A DNA stretch of 64,000 nucleotides from Chiloscyllium plagiosum (lineage: Eukaryota): assembly GCF_004010195.1 (NCBI RefSeq), contig NC_057753.1, positions 6,619,378 through 6,683,377 of the forward strand. The letters run 5' to 3'. The position numbers and the translations under genes were made by a program. Under the pieces are notes generated by a model. It made no database searches and was not told where the DNA came from. It worked only from the letters and a program-made list of their open reading frames with translations. Of the stretch, positions 11,761-24,544 are shown one piece after another; within the stretch, counting starts at the first letter, position 1; each line of letters starts with the position of its first letter.

Positions 11761-13369
11761 TTCTTTTTTCGCGTGACGTATTGTGTCCTTGCCTGTCTGA
11801 ACAATAGTTTGAATTAGGCTCTGAACCATTACATTCCGAATGCGTGATCCTTATGTATTCCAACATTTCTCACGGGAATCGGACGTTATGAAATTATTCA
11901 TAATGTTTTTAACGTACCTTGAACAAACAGCTTGTTGATGTCAAGCTATTTTTCAGAGCAACAGGCATTTTCATTGCTGATGTCATTATACGCCTTCACC
12001 CTGTCCACTCGATAAGACTAGGTATATCTCTCCATCAAGAAGTTGACATTGTAGCTTGCCTTACCGTTTACTGGTGATGATGTATCATGCAGGCTGTTTC
12101 AGGAATGTCTACTCTTCCAACTCACTGACTTCCCACAATTGACTGTGCAACATATTGGCCAGTGTTTATATCGGTTTGAGGCTGCCATTGAGTCATTATT
12201 AATGGAGTATTGAACTCGAAAGTTCCCTATGCTTTTCTCATTTCTTCACAGGTGCTTCCAAGACTTCTGTGTTCACCAGAAATTTCTCTTTTGCCAGAAT
12301 GAAACAGCATATCAGCTTTACACTTGTATATTCTCTCAAGTGTAGTGTATGCATGCCAATCAAAAGGACGCACTTGCATAATGTTCAACAATACACAACT
12401 AAATGATTAATAATGGATACTTCACATGTCCCACGTTAATGTGTTCAACGAGCTAAAGCATTTGAACACATCTACATGCCAAAGCCAATGCATAATAGAG
12501 TGCTTATCTTTGTCCATTGCCGTTAGTTTACCATAATCTGATATGTTTCATTGTTTTCGAAGTTTCTTTTGCCCCATAATGAACAATTGTTTTTTTTTCC
12601 AGTCGTATTCCTGTATTTGATTGGCTGTTTGTTATTGGTTATTAGCCGTTTTTCGTTCTGGTACTGGAAATATTTCACCTTACTTCTTCCTTCTTTTGGC
12701 ACATTATATTTACCAAACGAGCATAAGTAATAATGAGAAAAACAAGTCGTCCACTTGCTCTGCCGTATCCTAAACCGTCCAGCTGGCATGAACAGTTTCG
12801 GATGCTTTCTTCCTTTTGTCTTTGAAAAGCAGAGAATGATTCAAATGTTGAAATGATCAGTTCAGATTTTAACTGCACATCTTTGGTGATAACAAATGTG
12901 GTGGCCCATATATGCATAACTCCTGTCACTAACATCATTCTGTTGAAAATTTCCTATCAGTTTGTTACACAGTTTCCTGAAAAACCAAGGGTATATCACA
13001 AATGTAAGGTTCAAGTTTGATTAGAAATAGTGAGTGACCCAGGAGATAGGTCCGTTTGTACAAAGCCCCGATGGATATGTTGCAGTTACAGATTGATATT
13101 AGTGGCGATTTGCATAGTTTGTCTGATCACGTTACCAGAGGATTCAGCGACAAACACTGTATCATCGCACTGAGAATCAAACATATGAGTTGAATTTACT
13201 CATTTGCAGCGAAAATCTGTCATCACCAAAGAATGTCATTTGTATACAAAGACAAATGTTTCAGATGCAAACTACACACTTTACGCACAACCTCCTTAAG
13301 TCAGTTTGTTCTTTTGTAAATCACGTGGGTACACTGAGGATACAGCAGTTCACTGAAGAAGGAAATCAG

Positions 13370-14705
13370 CTGGATGAAAATGGTGCACGTGATACATTTT
13401 GTTGAGAAGATTCGGTAAATGCAGAGATTCTTCAAGTATATCAAAGAAAAAAGAAACTAGAGAAAGAATAGGAAACCTCAAACTAAAGTGAGCACGTATG
13501 TGTGGAACTGCAGCAGTTGGCCGAGGTTCTGAATGAATTTTTCTCCTCTAAGTTTTCAGTGGAGAAAGACATGAACATTTCCGAATGTGGGAACAATAGT
13601 GACAATTTATTGGGCACAGTTCTTACCACAGTAGAAGAGTTCTTGGATGTATTAGAATGTATGAAGCTGGAAACACCTCCACGTCTAGAACAGTGATATC
13701 CACGAACGCTGCAAGAGGCAGGAGAATAAATTGCGGGGGCCATGGCTGACACTTTTGCATCATTGTTATCCACGGATCAAGTCCCAGAAGACTGGAGATT
13801 AGCAATTATTTTCCTTCATTCCCGAATGTCTGCAAAGAAAAGCCTGGGGGCTGTATACCAGCACACACAAAACGTGTAGTCGGAATTTACTTGTGAAGCT
13901 TCTGAGAGACGAGAGACGTGAGACACACGCGTTTGGAAAGCGAGAGCTTGATTAAGAATAGATAGCCTGGCTTTGTGCATGTGAGATCATGCCACATACA
14001 TTTGTTGATGTTATTTGATCAATTGAAGAGAACGTTTGAAGAAGTCAGAGTGTTAGATACAGTCTACATGGATTTCAGTAAGACCAGTGATCGGGTTCCT
14101 CATCAGAAGCTGTTCTGGAAGGTTGGATTGTGCAGAATCGAGGCAGAGCTCTCAAATTGGATGCACAATCGGCGCCATGTTCGGAATCAGAGTGCAATAA
14201 AAGAAGGAGGCTTGTCGTACTGCAAACCTATGACGAGTGAAGTGCCTCAGTGGTTGACGCTGAGTCCATTGCTGTTCGCTATTTTTATCAAGGATCGTGA
14301 AATTTCAAATGCTGTTTAACATAGATAAGCGTTTGGTCTTGCGCGACGCAAAGTTAAAGCAAGGTAGGAATTGAACAAGGTAGGCGAACTGTTAGGGATT
14401 AAGGAATACACTGAAACAGTGGGATCTTGGTTTTCAGGTACATGTTTCTCTGAAGAGGAATCACAGGTGGATAAGACAGTGAAGACACACTGGCCTTCAT
14501 CAGTCAGAGTATTGAGTATCGAATTGCCAAGTAATCTTGCACTTGTACAGGACGTTAGTGAGGACAGTATTGGAGTATTGTGTTGAGACTTTTTTTCATT
14601 TTGCTTATGGAAGGATGTTATTAAACTGGAAAGAGTTCAAAAGAATTTTATGAGACTGTTGTCAAAACTTAACTGTCTGCGTTACAGGGAGAAGTTCGAC
14701 AAGCA
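13370..14705 (+). mobile_element. CR1-type LINE ORF2 remnant (RT region)
   Basis: Fragments LAEVLNEFFSSKFSVE, VLDTVYMDFSKTSDRVPH, TSEVPQWLTLSPLLFAIFI; many stops and frameshifts. Confidence 0.85.
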
Positions 14706-15039
14706 AACTGAATTCCTTAACTCTATTTCTTACTGAACTTGAGACAATCCTGATAATTAAGACGAGCTCCTACAGACAAAATGTTTCAGTCCACTTTTCT
14801 GCCAATTGTATATGACGATCCTACTGTGCCAGATGTTTTTTCTTTTTTTTTCTGATGATTGTATACGGAAATGCAAAAGTTGTGTTAGGTTCACAGACAT
14901 AACACTAAATGCACAACGCAACAGGTAAGTGATATGCCCCTCCAAAATCTCCTGTCAATTCAGGTAGTGAGGCATGGGTTTAACAGCCGGTCCATCAGAT
15001 GTGCAAGACTCCAGAAATTCATGCATGTTTAAAATTACT

Positions 15040-15740
15040 TTTCTACAGAATATCAGAGGAGTTACCTTGTAAGAACCGTGGGAAACTGGTATGCAGGTGC
15101 AACGCTAAAAAGAAAGGCAAATTGCATTTTGGCAATTAATGCAAAATTATAGTCTGGATAATTCTGTAAAATCACTGCAAATTAACAAGAAATTAGTGAG
15201 GCACTGTCCGGGATATTGCATGCAGTTTTGTTTCTCTCAGTAGAGGGATGCAGTTTTCATGGACGCAGCTCAGTGAGGGTTCTAAGGACTGATTTATAGA
15301 TCATGAGTTTGTCTTATAGAGAGGGATCGTGCAGTTCAACCCATACTCTCTGAAGTTTGGAAGCATGAGTTCTGTATTGAGTCAGGGATATAAGATGCTG
15401 AAGGAAATGGATAAATTAGATGCAGAATGGATTTTACTGATGTTAAGCAACATGGAAGAGAGGTCATAATTTCATAATACAGTTCGGCTCACGTTAAGGA
15501 TAAAGAATAATGCTTCGCACTTTCAAACAGATCAGAGTTAAATTGTTTCATTCAAAGTATCGTAAATATGTGGATTTCATTGTCACAGAATAGAGCGGCT
15601 GCTGCAATATTGAGACAGTTTCTGGCGAAGATAGATTTTTTAATCAACAATAGAGTGAATGGGTGAAAACACTGTCAAGAAGTTGAAATAATCGCTGAGT
15701 GAGAATTTTCTTTTCGAATAAAATGGTGGTACAAAGTCAA
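15040..15740 (+). mobile_element. Highly decayed LINE 3' region (CR1/L2-like)
   Basis: Nucleotide similarity to the 3' part of other LINE copies in the window (e.g. tagtgaggcactgtccgggatattgcatgcagttttg). Confidence 0.5.
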
Positions 15741-16226
15741 TGTGACTTTAGAGCGTGTGGCCAGCATTGTCAAAATGTCCGTAGGCATGTCTGACAAATA
15801 TTACATAATTTTTGTTCGTACAGTTTCCGTTGCTCCACAGAACAACAGAACCTGGTCGTTACACCACTCCCATAATCCACGTCTACTAGATTGTGAGACA
15901 CCATGTTTGTCAGCTCCAAAGCATTCCAAGTGTGTTCTCTCACTTGTTAGCCTTTCTGAGGAACCATTTACCCCACCACAAACTTGGCACCTCGTCCTCC
16001 ACACCCTTTGGCAAGATCTGAGATTTTGGCGGATTTTAGATTCATTACTATCAGTCATTCTGAGCACTGGTTTCACTGAGGTATAGAGCCAGTGAACGGA
16101 GTGGAACGTCCCAGAAGCTCTCTTCCTGAGTCTTTAACTCTCGAACTTTTACAGACGATCCATGAGATGTGATGTTCTCAATTCTCCCTGTTTTTCGGTG
16201 TTTCCCATTGGGTGAATTGTCAGCGT

Positions 16227-16795
16227 TGTGGACCAGGCCAAACTCCCTCAAAATATTTAAAGAAGGCTGCCCAGACCCTAACTTTTTTCTTTTTTAAGGC
16301 GGATATGAGTGGATCTCCCAGGAGCTAACAGCTGGTCAAACCATGCATCTTTCAGCAGAACAGAACTGAAGTAAACATTGCAGTTAAACACAGGGAAAAG
16401 AAAATAAAATTTAACATAACTTAACCATTTGAAAACAAACCGATTCGATGTAACGACTTAACTAAGGAACTGCTCCAATTCCCACAATAATACGTAAACA
16501 CATCCCATTCGCAACAATCGTAAATTGAAATGCAGGTGCTTAAAGGCAGGAAAGATTTCAGACAGAAGACTGCCATAGATATTCATCTAAAGCATAAACG
16601 CTGTTTGCACCTTATTAGCTTCTGTGCCAACTAAAACTAAACTACTTTAGAAAAAAAAACTGAACGGGGAGATAGGGCTACTCCCCTAACATTTTAAAGT
16701 AAACATTTGCAGATATTTCAGCACGTCTGACTTCACCTCTTTTCAAAAATGAGTGAAGGACAAAATAACGTTTTTAATGTAAAAGCATCATCAGA
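16227..16795. mobile_element. Possible solo LTR (~570 bp)
   Basis: Discrete non-LINE block starting TGTGGAC, A-rich, ending near catcatca. Recognised only by general resemblance to LTRs; no TSD identified. Confidence 0.3.
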
Positions 16796-16919
16796 ACAAC
16801 TGAAGTTCCAAACTCCTCTATCGGTTGCTGATTAGATCTCATTGAAACTCATTGGAAAGCAATTAATATTCATTACATACTTAGTTTGGTTCAGTTATTG
16901 TTTCACACTTAGACTCATA

Positions 16920-18200
16920 ATATCCCACAGGATGAAGATAGGCCCTTCAGAGAAAGTGTTCCTTGAGGACCAAATTGTCCATCCACACGAACGCCATGTT
17001 TGGGACGTTGGGCCGTATCATTCCAAACTTTTCCCATCTACGTATTTGACTAAATGCCTTTTAAATGTTGTTAATGGTCAATCCTCTGCTGGCGGCTCAT
17101 TCCATATGCATACCGTCCCCGAAAATATAACGTTGCTCACTCCCCTCAGGTACCCTTCTTGCTTGCCTCTCTAGTTCTAAACTAATGCTCGAAAGTCCTT
17201 GATTCTCACATACTGGGAAAAAAAGACTGAGAGTATTCATACTCGTCGTGCCACTCGTGATCATATACAATTGTATACGCTACACCCCTCAGAATCCTGC
17301 ACTCAAAAGAGGAAAGTTTTAGCTTGTCTATTCTCTCCCTTTAATTCAGAACGTGGAGTACTAGCAACAGACTTGTAATTTTGATCCGCTCTCTTTCCAG
17401 CTTAATAACATTTTCCTACAACAATGGGACGAAAACGCAACGCCATATTTCAAATGCGGATGCACTAATACCCTGTACAACTGAAACATAACTTCCCAAC
17501 TTCAATACCGGATGCTCTGACTGATGTTGGCCAGTGTGCCAAAAGCCTTCTTCATTGCCCTGTCTACCTTTGACTCCAGTTTTAGAGAATTGTGCACCTG
17601 AAAGACGAAGTTGCTTTGTTCCAGTACATTCCTTAAATCCCGACTATTCACTATTGATCTCCTACCTTGGTTTGTCGTTCCAACATGCAACGCCTCACAC
17701 TTGTCTATATTAAACACGATTTGCCATTTTTCGTCCCACGTCCTGAAGAGGTCAACGTTGCGGCAGTCACTGTTAACCTGCGTCAATGTCCAGTGAATCG
17801 CCCATTTTAGTGCTATTTGCAAACATACTGATTATGCCTTTTATATTATTTTACAAATCATTGATGCAGAAAACAAAAGCCAGAGGTACACCACTGCCCA
17901 CATGGATCCAATCTGACAAACGTTTTTTTTTTCACTTCTACCGCCTTTTTCCTGCCAACAAGGCAATTGTATGCCCAATAATTGCAGATCCCCGGATTCC
18001 ATGTGATCTCAGCTTAGTTAACAGCCTACCATTTGGAATCTTATCAAAGGCCTTTTAGAAATCAAAGAGCCTATGTATACCAGCTGCCCTCATTACTATT
18101 CTTGGTCACTTCATCCAATGTTACAATCTGTGTCAAACATATTAATCCGGGAGCGTAGAGAAATGAATTTGCGGCCATTGCTGAGGACTAAATGTTTATC
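16920..18200 (-). mobile_element. CR1-type LINE RT/3' fragment
   Basis: Minus-strand WDEKWQIVFNIDKCEALHVGTTNQGR...VHNSLKLESKVDRAMKKAFGTL. Confidence 0.85.
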
Positions 18201-18202
18201 GT

Positions 18203-18410
18203 CAGTGGCGGGAGATCTGGGGTAATAGAGAAGATAGGAAAGGTTGCGAGCCAGGAATTGGGGTGGGGCTGGAGCTGGGTGTGGGGGTGATGAAGAGCTT
18301 ATGACCGAAACGTCGATTATCATTCTCAGTCGATGGTGCCTGATTGTTGTGCTTTTCCAGCATGACATTATAGACTCTGATTTCCAGGATCTGGAGTCCT
18401 CACTTTCTCC
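18203..18410 (+). mobile_element. Penelope-tail insert with hammerhead core (family 2), preceded by a purine-rich, probably inverted, tail segment
   Basis: gTGATGAagagcttatgaccGAAACGTCgatt (18287-18318) followed by the family-2 tail ending gtcctcactttctcc. Confidence 0.65.
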
Positions 18411-20230
18411 AAGAACCTACCTCAGGCATCTCCCTTAAACCTTCCTTCAATCATCTTAACATTGTAGCCCCTCGTGATAGGCACTTCCACTTTGATAGAA
18501 ATTCTGTGGCTATCCTCTCTATTCATGCCTCTCACAACCTTGTGCACATTTCTATGAAATCACCTTCCATCCTTCTTCGATCCAATGAGAACAGCCCTCG
18601 TCCCCTCAAACTTTCTTTCAGAAGACATTCCTTCCAATTCAGGCAGCATCTTGTTAGATCTCTTCTGCACCCTCTCTCAAGCTTCAACATCCTTCTTATA
18701 CTGAGGCAACCAGAACTCAACACAATATTCCAAGGCTAGTCTAACCACCGCTTTACCGAGGTGCAGCATAACTTGCGGCTCTTAAACTCAACCCCCCTGC
18801 TAATGAAGATCCACACACCACACACCTTCTTCGTCAGCCCAAGCGAGAAGGGCGGCAACTTTGAGGGATCAATAGACATGGACCCCAGGATCTTGCCTTT
18901 ATGCCTGTAATCTGCATTCAAATTCAACTTTACAATATGTTCACACTTTGAACGCCATCTGCCTCTAATACAACCGCTGGCTGTGTATTCCATGCAACAA
19001 CCATCCTCTGTGTAAACAACCTACATAAGACATCCAACACAAACATTCCGCCATTATTTTAAACTTATGCCCCCACGTAATCGATATTACCGCCATAGCG
19101 AAAAAAGGTCTTTGGCTATCCACTCTATATTTCCCTCTAAAGGTATTATACATCTCTATCAAGTCACTTCTCATCCTGAATCGCTCCAATGCGAAAAGTA
19201 TTAGCTCCTTCAATCTTTATTCGTAAGACATCCCGGCAGCATCCTGGTCAATCTCTTCTGAACCCTTTCTGAAGGGTGACCACATCTTTCCTGTAATGAC
19301 ACAATCAGAAGTCAAAACAATAATCCAAGCGTTTACTAAGTAGAAACGTATAGAAGAGCAGCATAAACTCGCGGTCTAAAACTCAACTTAGGACTAATGG
19401 AAGCCAGCATAACATACGCCTTCTGAACAGCCCTATCAACCTGGATGGCAACTTTGAGTGATCTTTGAACTTGGATCCCAGTATAACTCTATTATTCACA
19501 TTGGCAAGAATCCTGCATTTATCCCTGTTTTCTGCAATCACTTTCAACTTTCAAAAGTGAATCACTTCACACTTTCCCAAGTTGAACTCCATCTTATCAT
19601 TGCAGTTCTGAATCTGTCAATATCCCCTTGGAACCAACAAGTGCCCTTCACACTACACATCATTCCACCAAACTTTGTGTCATCGGCAAACTTACTAACT
19701 CACCCTTCCACTTGCTCCTCCACATTATTTGTACAAAAATGACAGAACAGAGGCTCCAGACATAATTCCCGCAGAACACCACTCGTCACCCAACTCCAAA
19801 TATATTAATTTCCACCACCTTCTGTCTTCTATGGGCCAACCAATTCGGTATTCTGACACGTAGGTTTCCATGCATCCTATCATGTCCCTCCAAAGAAATT
19901 CATACCGTTTGATCTGCTCTTTGATATCTTGCCGTTGCTGCCTACTATCCACCTCACTATATATTTTTCTATCAGTCCTTGTAACAGCTGCGAAATTATT
20001 CATCTACCACTTATATTTTATAGTCAAATTACTGATGCTCATATCAAAAGCCAGGGCCCCGTTCCTGAGACTCTGAACGCGTCCCACCAAAAAAAACAGA
20101 CTTCCATTCACAGAAAATTTCCACTGCCATCAACATTGTTTGCTGACTTGCAGGATTTTAAAAAAAGGTAAATCTTGGCATTGGACCTCATGTCTTCTTG
20201 TTCAGTCTTCCACGACGGACATTATCAAAA
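18411..20230 (-). mobile_element. Stacked CR1-type LINE fragments
   Basis: KLERGCRRDLTRCC / GLFSLDRRRMEGDFIEM (18532-18723), ALERFRMRSDLIEMYNTFRGKYRVDSQ (18965-19213), reverse FADDTK at ~19675-19692. Confidence 0.8.
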
Positions 20231-20289
20231 CCATTGCTTAAGTCGATGTGGACGTCAGCAGATCCATCAGAGATGTCACACACAGTTCA

Positions 20290-22790
20290 ATTTTATCTTA
20301 TGTGGATGGGGTTACTGAATGGAGTTACAGGGAAGTCGTCATGTCTCAGGTACAAAAAGAAGGTAGATGGGTTACCATCACTAGATGGAAAGGGCAGTGC
20401 AGGGACTCCTGTGTCCGTTCCCCTCAATAAGTATATCGTTTTGGATATTGTTGAGGGGCACGACTAACCAGGTTAAGTTATGGGGCATAGCTCTCTGGCA
20501 CAAACTTTGTTCATGTTGTTTAGAAGGGAAGGGGAAAGAGGAGAAGAGCATTGGTCTCTGGAGACTCCGTATTCAGGAGACAGAGAAGAGGTTCTGTGGG
20601 AACTACAGAGACTCACGATTGTTGCATTGGCACTCACGTGACTGGGTTCATGATGTCTCTGATCGGGATCTTGATGGGGAGGTGGAACAACCTTAGTCGT
20701 GTTCCAGATAGGCACCAACGTCACGGAAAAGAGAATGAGATGGGGATTTCTGGTTGAAATTCAGGGAGTTAGGGTTGAAGATTAAAGTTAGAAGAAACAA
20801 TGTTTTTATCTCTTGTTTTTTGCCAGTGCCACGTCCTTGCCAGGCAAGGAATAAGTAGAGAAAGGATTTGAACACGTGTCTACAGGGATACTGCATAAGG
20901 CAGAGTTTTGCATTCATGGATAATTGGTGCTCTTTCTGTGGTAGGTAGGAGCTGTACAAACAGGATGATCTTCACCTGAACCAGAGGGGTCTCAATATCC
21001 TGAGGGGAGTGGCGATTTTCTTTAGGTGGACTGAAACTAATTGATCAGGGCGATGGCAACCTAACTTATAGTTCCAGTTTCCATGAGATTGTTAGTATAG
21101 AGATAATAAATACGATTTCAAAGTCTCAAGAGGTCACTGGCAAGCAAGAAGTTGTTTACAAAGTGTCGCTTTCAATGCCAGGAATATCGATACAAAAGTG
21201 GATGATCTTGCAGCGTGGGTTGGTAGCTGGGATTTCGATGTTGCGGTAATTGTGGAAACATGAATAAAGTAGGGATAGTAATGGTTGTGGCACGTTCTGC
21301 GATTTGGATATTTCAGTAACAGAGGAGATGGCAAAAGCAGGGAGGTGTGATATTGTTAAACAATGACAAAATTATGTTTTCAGGAGGGACGATTGAAGAC
21401 TCGTTTGCGGAGATATATGGTGGGTAGAGACTACCTTGGTAATTATAGCCCAGTGAGATCTACTTAGATTGCGAGTAAAGTGATAGAAAACGTAAAAGAG
21501 ATAGATTTTCAATCGAGAGAGGAATAAGTTGATAAGTGATAGTAAACACGGTTTTGTGAAGGATAGGTCGTGCCTGACAAATCATTTTGAGGTCTTTCAG
21601 AAGGTGACCAAGCAGGTGGATGAGAGTAACGCAGTTGTTGTGGGATATCTGGATTTCAGTCAGACGTTTGATAAGCTTCCCCGCGGTAGTCTATTGCACA
21701 AAAAATGGTGTTTGTTATTGAGAGTTTTGCAGCGGTTTGGCTAGATGAAAAAAGACAGAGAGTGGTGATTGATAGGAAATGTTGATCCGGGAGTTCAGGT
21801 GTCAGTGATGTCCCGCAAGGATCTGTGGCCACGCCTGTTTGTCATTTTTTTTAAATGACCTGAATGAGACCTTGGAAGGATGGGTTCGTAAATGTGCGGG
21901 TCACTCTAAGATCGGTAACGGTATGGACAGTGCCGAACGATGTTGTTGGTTACAGAGGGACACAGAGAAGCTGCAGAGCTGGGGTGAGATTAATAAATGG
22001 AGTTTAATGCGGAGAAGTGTGAGGTGATTCATTTTGGATGGTGCGACAGGATTAAAGTGTACTGGGCTAACGCTACGTTTCTTGGTGTGTAGATGAACAA
22101 AATGAACTTGGTGTCCATGTACGTAGATACCTGCAAGTTTCCACCCAGGGGTTCATTGGGCTGTTAAGAAGGATTCGATGTGTTTCCTGTTATTACGAGA
22201 GGAATTTGGTTTTCGGAGCCATGATGTCATGCTGCAGCTGTACAAATACCTGATGTGGCAGCACTTGGAGTATGGCACACAATTCTCGTCACCGCATTTT
22301 AAGGAAGACGTGGAAAATTTGGCAAATGATTCAGCGGAGAGATACTAGGATGTTGCCTGGTATGGAGGGAACGTCTTCCGAGGAAAGGCTGAGGCGCTTG
22401 AGGCTGTTTTCATTGGAGCAAAGAAGGTTCAGAGGTGAATGAAATGAGACATGTATGTTAATCAGAGGGTTAGATAAGGCGGAGAGTGAGAGAGATTTTT
22501 TCCACTCCGATAATAATAGTGAGCACGAGGAGACATAGCTATAAATTGTGGGGTGATAGATATGGCAAACGTCAGAGATTTTTTTCCCGCAGAGACTAGT
22601 GGGAGCATGGAACGAACTACCTAAAACAGTAGTAGATTCGCCACATTTGACGACATTTAAATAGTCATTGGATCGACATATGGATGAAAGTGAAATAGTC
22701 TAGATTAGATGGGCTTCAGACTGGTTTCTCAGGTCAGTGCAACATCGAGGACTGAAGGGCCTGTACTGGACAATAATGTTCTATTTTCTC
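20290..22790 (+). mobile_element. CR1-type LINE with ORF1 (SGNH-esterase-like) remnant, internally deleted ORF2 and 3' tail
   Basis: ORF1 remnants GDSVFR, IGTNV and DDLHLNQ; EN start (FNARNI); RT KHGFVKDRSCLTN...YLDFSQTFDKLP; tail gaagggcctgtactg...aatgttctatttt. Confidence 0.85.
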
Positions 22791-23849
22791 TATCGTCCTT
22801 ACTCTTGTATTGAAACTCTAATAATGAAGGCACATCTCTCAGATATCTTAACGAACTTATCTCCCTGTCCGCCTGCCGTCACGAATCGATGGACCATAAC
22901 TACTCTAATTCCTGGTACTTCTTGGGGTACAGTGTGTGTTCCAAAGATTCAATGTGTGTTCTCTTTCAACGCGGTCATGAAAATGTCAGCAAAGCCTGTA
23001 TTCAAAGGGGGTATGGGCTGAAAGGCCAGTCGGCCTACGTCTACTACTATTCCTTATGGTGTTATGTTCTTGTTTTCTTCTGTTCTTCATCGCAAAATGC
23101 ATCATCTTTGACTTGACAGGAATAAAACTAAATTAACACCCTTCAGCCCGTCTCACACACGAGTATACACGGTCTTGTGTTATGTTTTTCATTTGTCATT
23201 TAACATAGCTACAATGTCCATGTCATCCGTGAATTTGCTGATCATTCCTCTCATTTTTTTTCTGTATTATTAATGTAGGGTTCAGCACTGACTTGTGTGA
23301 TAAACGATTGGACGTCGCCTTACAGTTCCAAAGAACACTTTAACATGACGCTTTACTTTCTGGCATTCAGGTTATTTTGAAACGAATTTGCAACTTGCCC
23401 TCGATCGCATGGGTTCCTGGCTTCAGAATCATTCGGTCACGTGAGATCTGGTCGAGCGTTTTCTCAAAATCTAATAAGACTACACTCACTGTGTATCCTT
23501 ATCTCGTCACGAACTGGATAACCGTAACTCGTATTTGTCAAGCATGAACTCCCCCATCCAATGCCATGCTGACTGTCAACGAAAATCTGTTGACTTTCCA
23601 AATGAAAATTATTTCTATCCATCAGAAATTTTCTGGCAGTTTCCTGATTACTGATTTGAGAATGATTAGCCCATATTTTCTTAATTTATTCCTTCCTCAC
23701 TACAACACTACCTAAGGTCCTATGTTAATTGTACAAACCTTTCACTTGTGTGTTTACCAAAACCTCGAATTTGTCGCGTTTGAACTCCATCTGCCCTTTT
23801 TCAACGTAGGACCCATTTAATCAAAATAGTTAAACATACATTTATTTGG

Positions 23850-24330
23850 GCAATAAACGTATTCTATTTGATAAGCTTTTGAAACTGCAACTTTGTCACG
23901 ACGTATACTCCAATTCTATGCCCAGTCGAGAGAATGAAGGACAAAGACAGCCTGATATATCCTACCCTGTCCTATTTCACTATTGCTTTCTCGCTCATGC
24001 CCTCTTATTCCAAAAAGATTACTCTTGATGTGCTGCACCCCTGGGGAGAGATGTGTTGCAAGTGGAGGGTGTTGGGTTCACTGTGTGACTTGCGCATTTA
24101 ACAGAAACGATGTTTGAGTGACAAAAAGAGGTCTCTGCTCTTCACAATCTTGTACATTTCAAAAGGTTCGCCTCTTACCTTTCTGAAATCCGAAAATATG
24201 TCCCCAATCCATTTCGAATCTCAGCATAGAAGAACCCGGGCACGAAATAGTAAAACTTAATTATCATGTTCATTCGTGAGTGCTAACAACTGTTTCAGGT
24301 CTAACATTTATTGCTACCAGTAATAGTAGT
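23850..24330. repeat. Direct repeat copy A (~480 bp; similar to 28835-29290)
   Basis: Shared colinear blocks cccagtcgagagaa.gaaggacaaagac, ctcttattccaaaa..ttactcttg, cttcacaatcttgtacatttcaa, ccaatccatttc.aatctcagcatag. Confidence 0.75.
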
Positions 24331-24544
24331 AAAGCTGTCCACAGGATGTCCATGTGCTTATCCAAGCAAGTGATCAAGTCCTGAACTTAATATCAAGCTC
24401 ATAATTTCCTCAACATTACCCGCCAATATTTTTGCCATGCCCTCTCTTTGCTCTTCTTCCCTCAATTTCGAAATGCTTTTTCGATCCATTCTTGTCATTA
24501 TCCATATCTGGTTGAAATATTGCTCTACCATACAACGCCATCTT

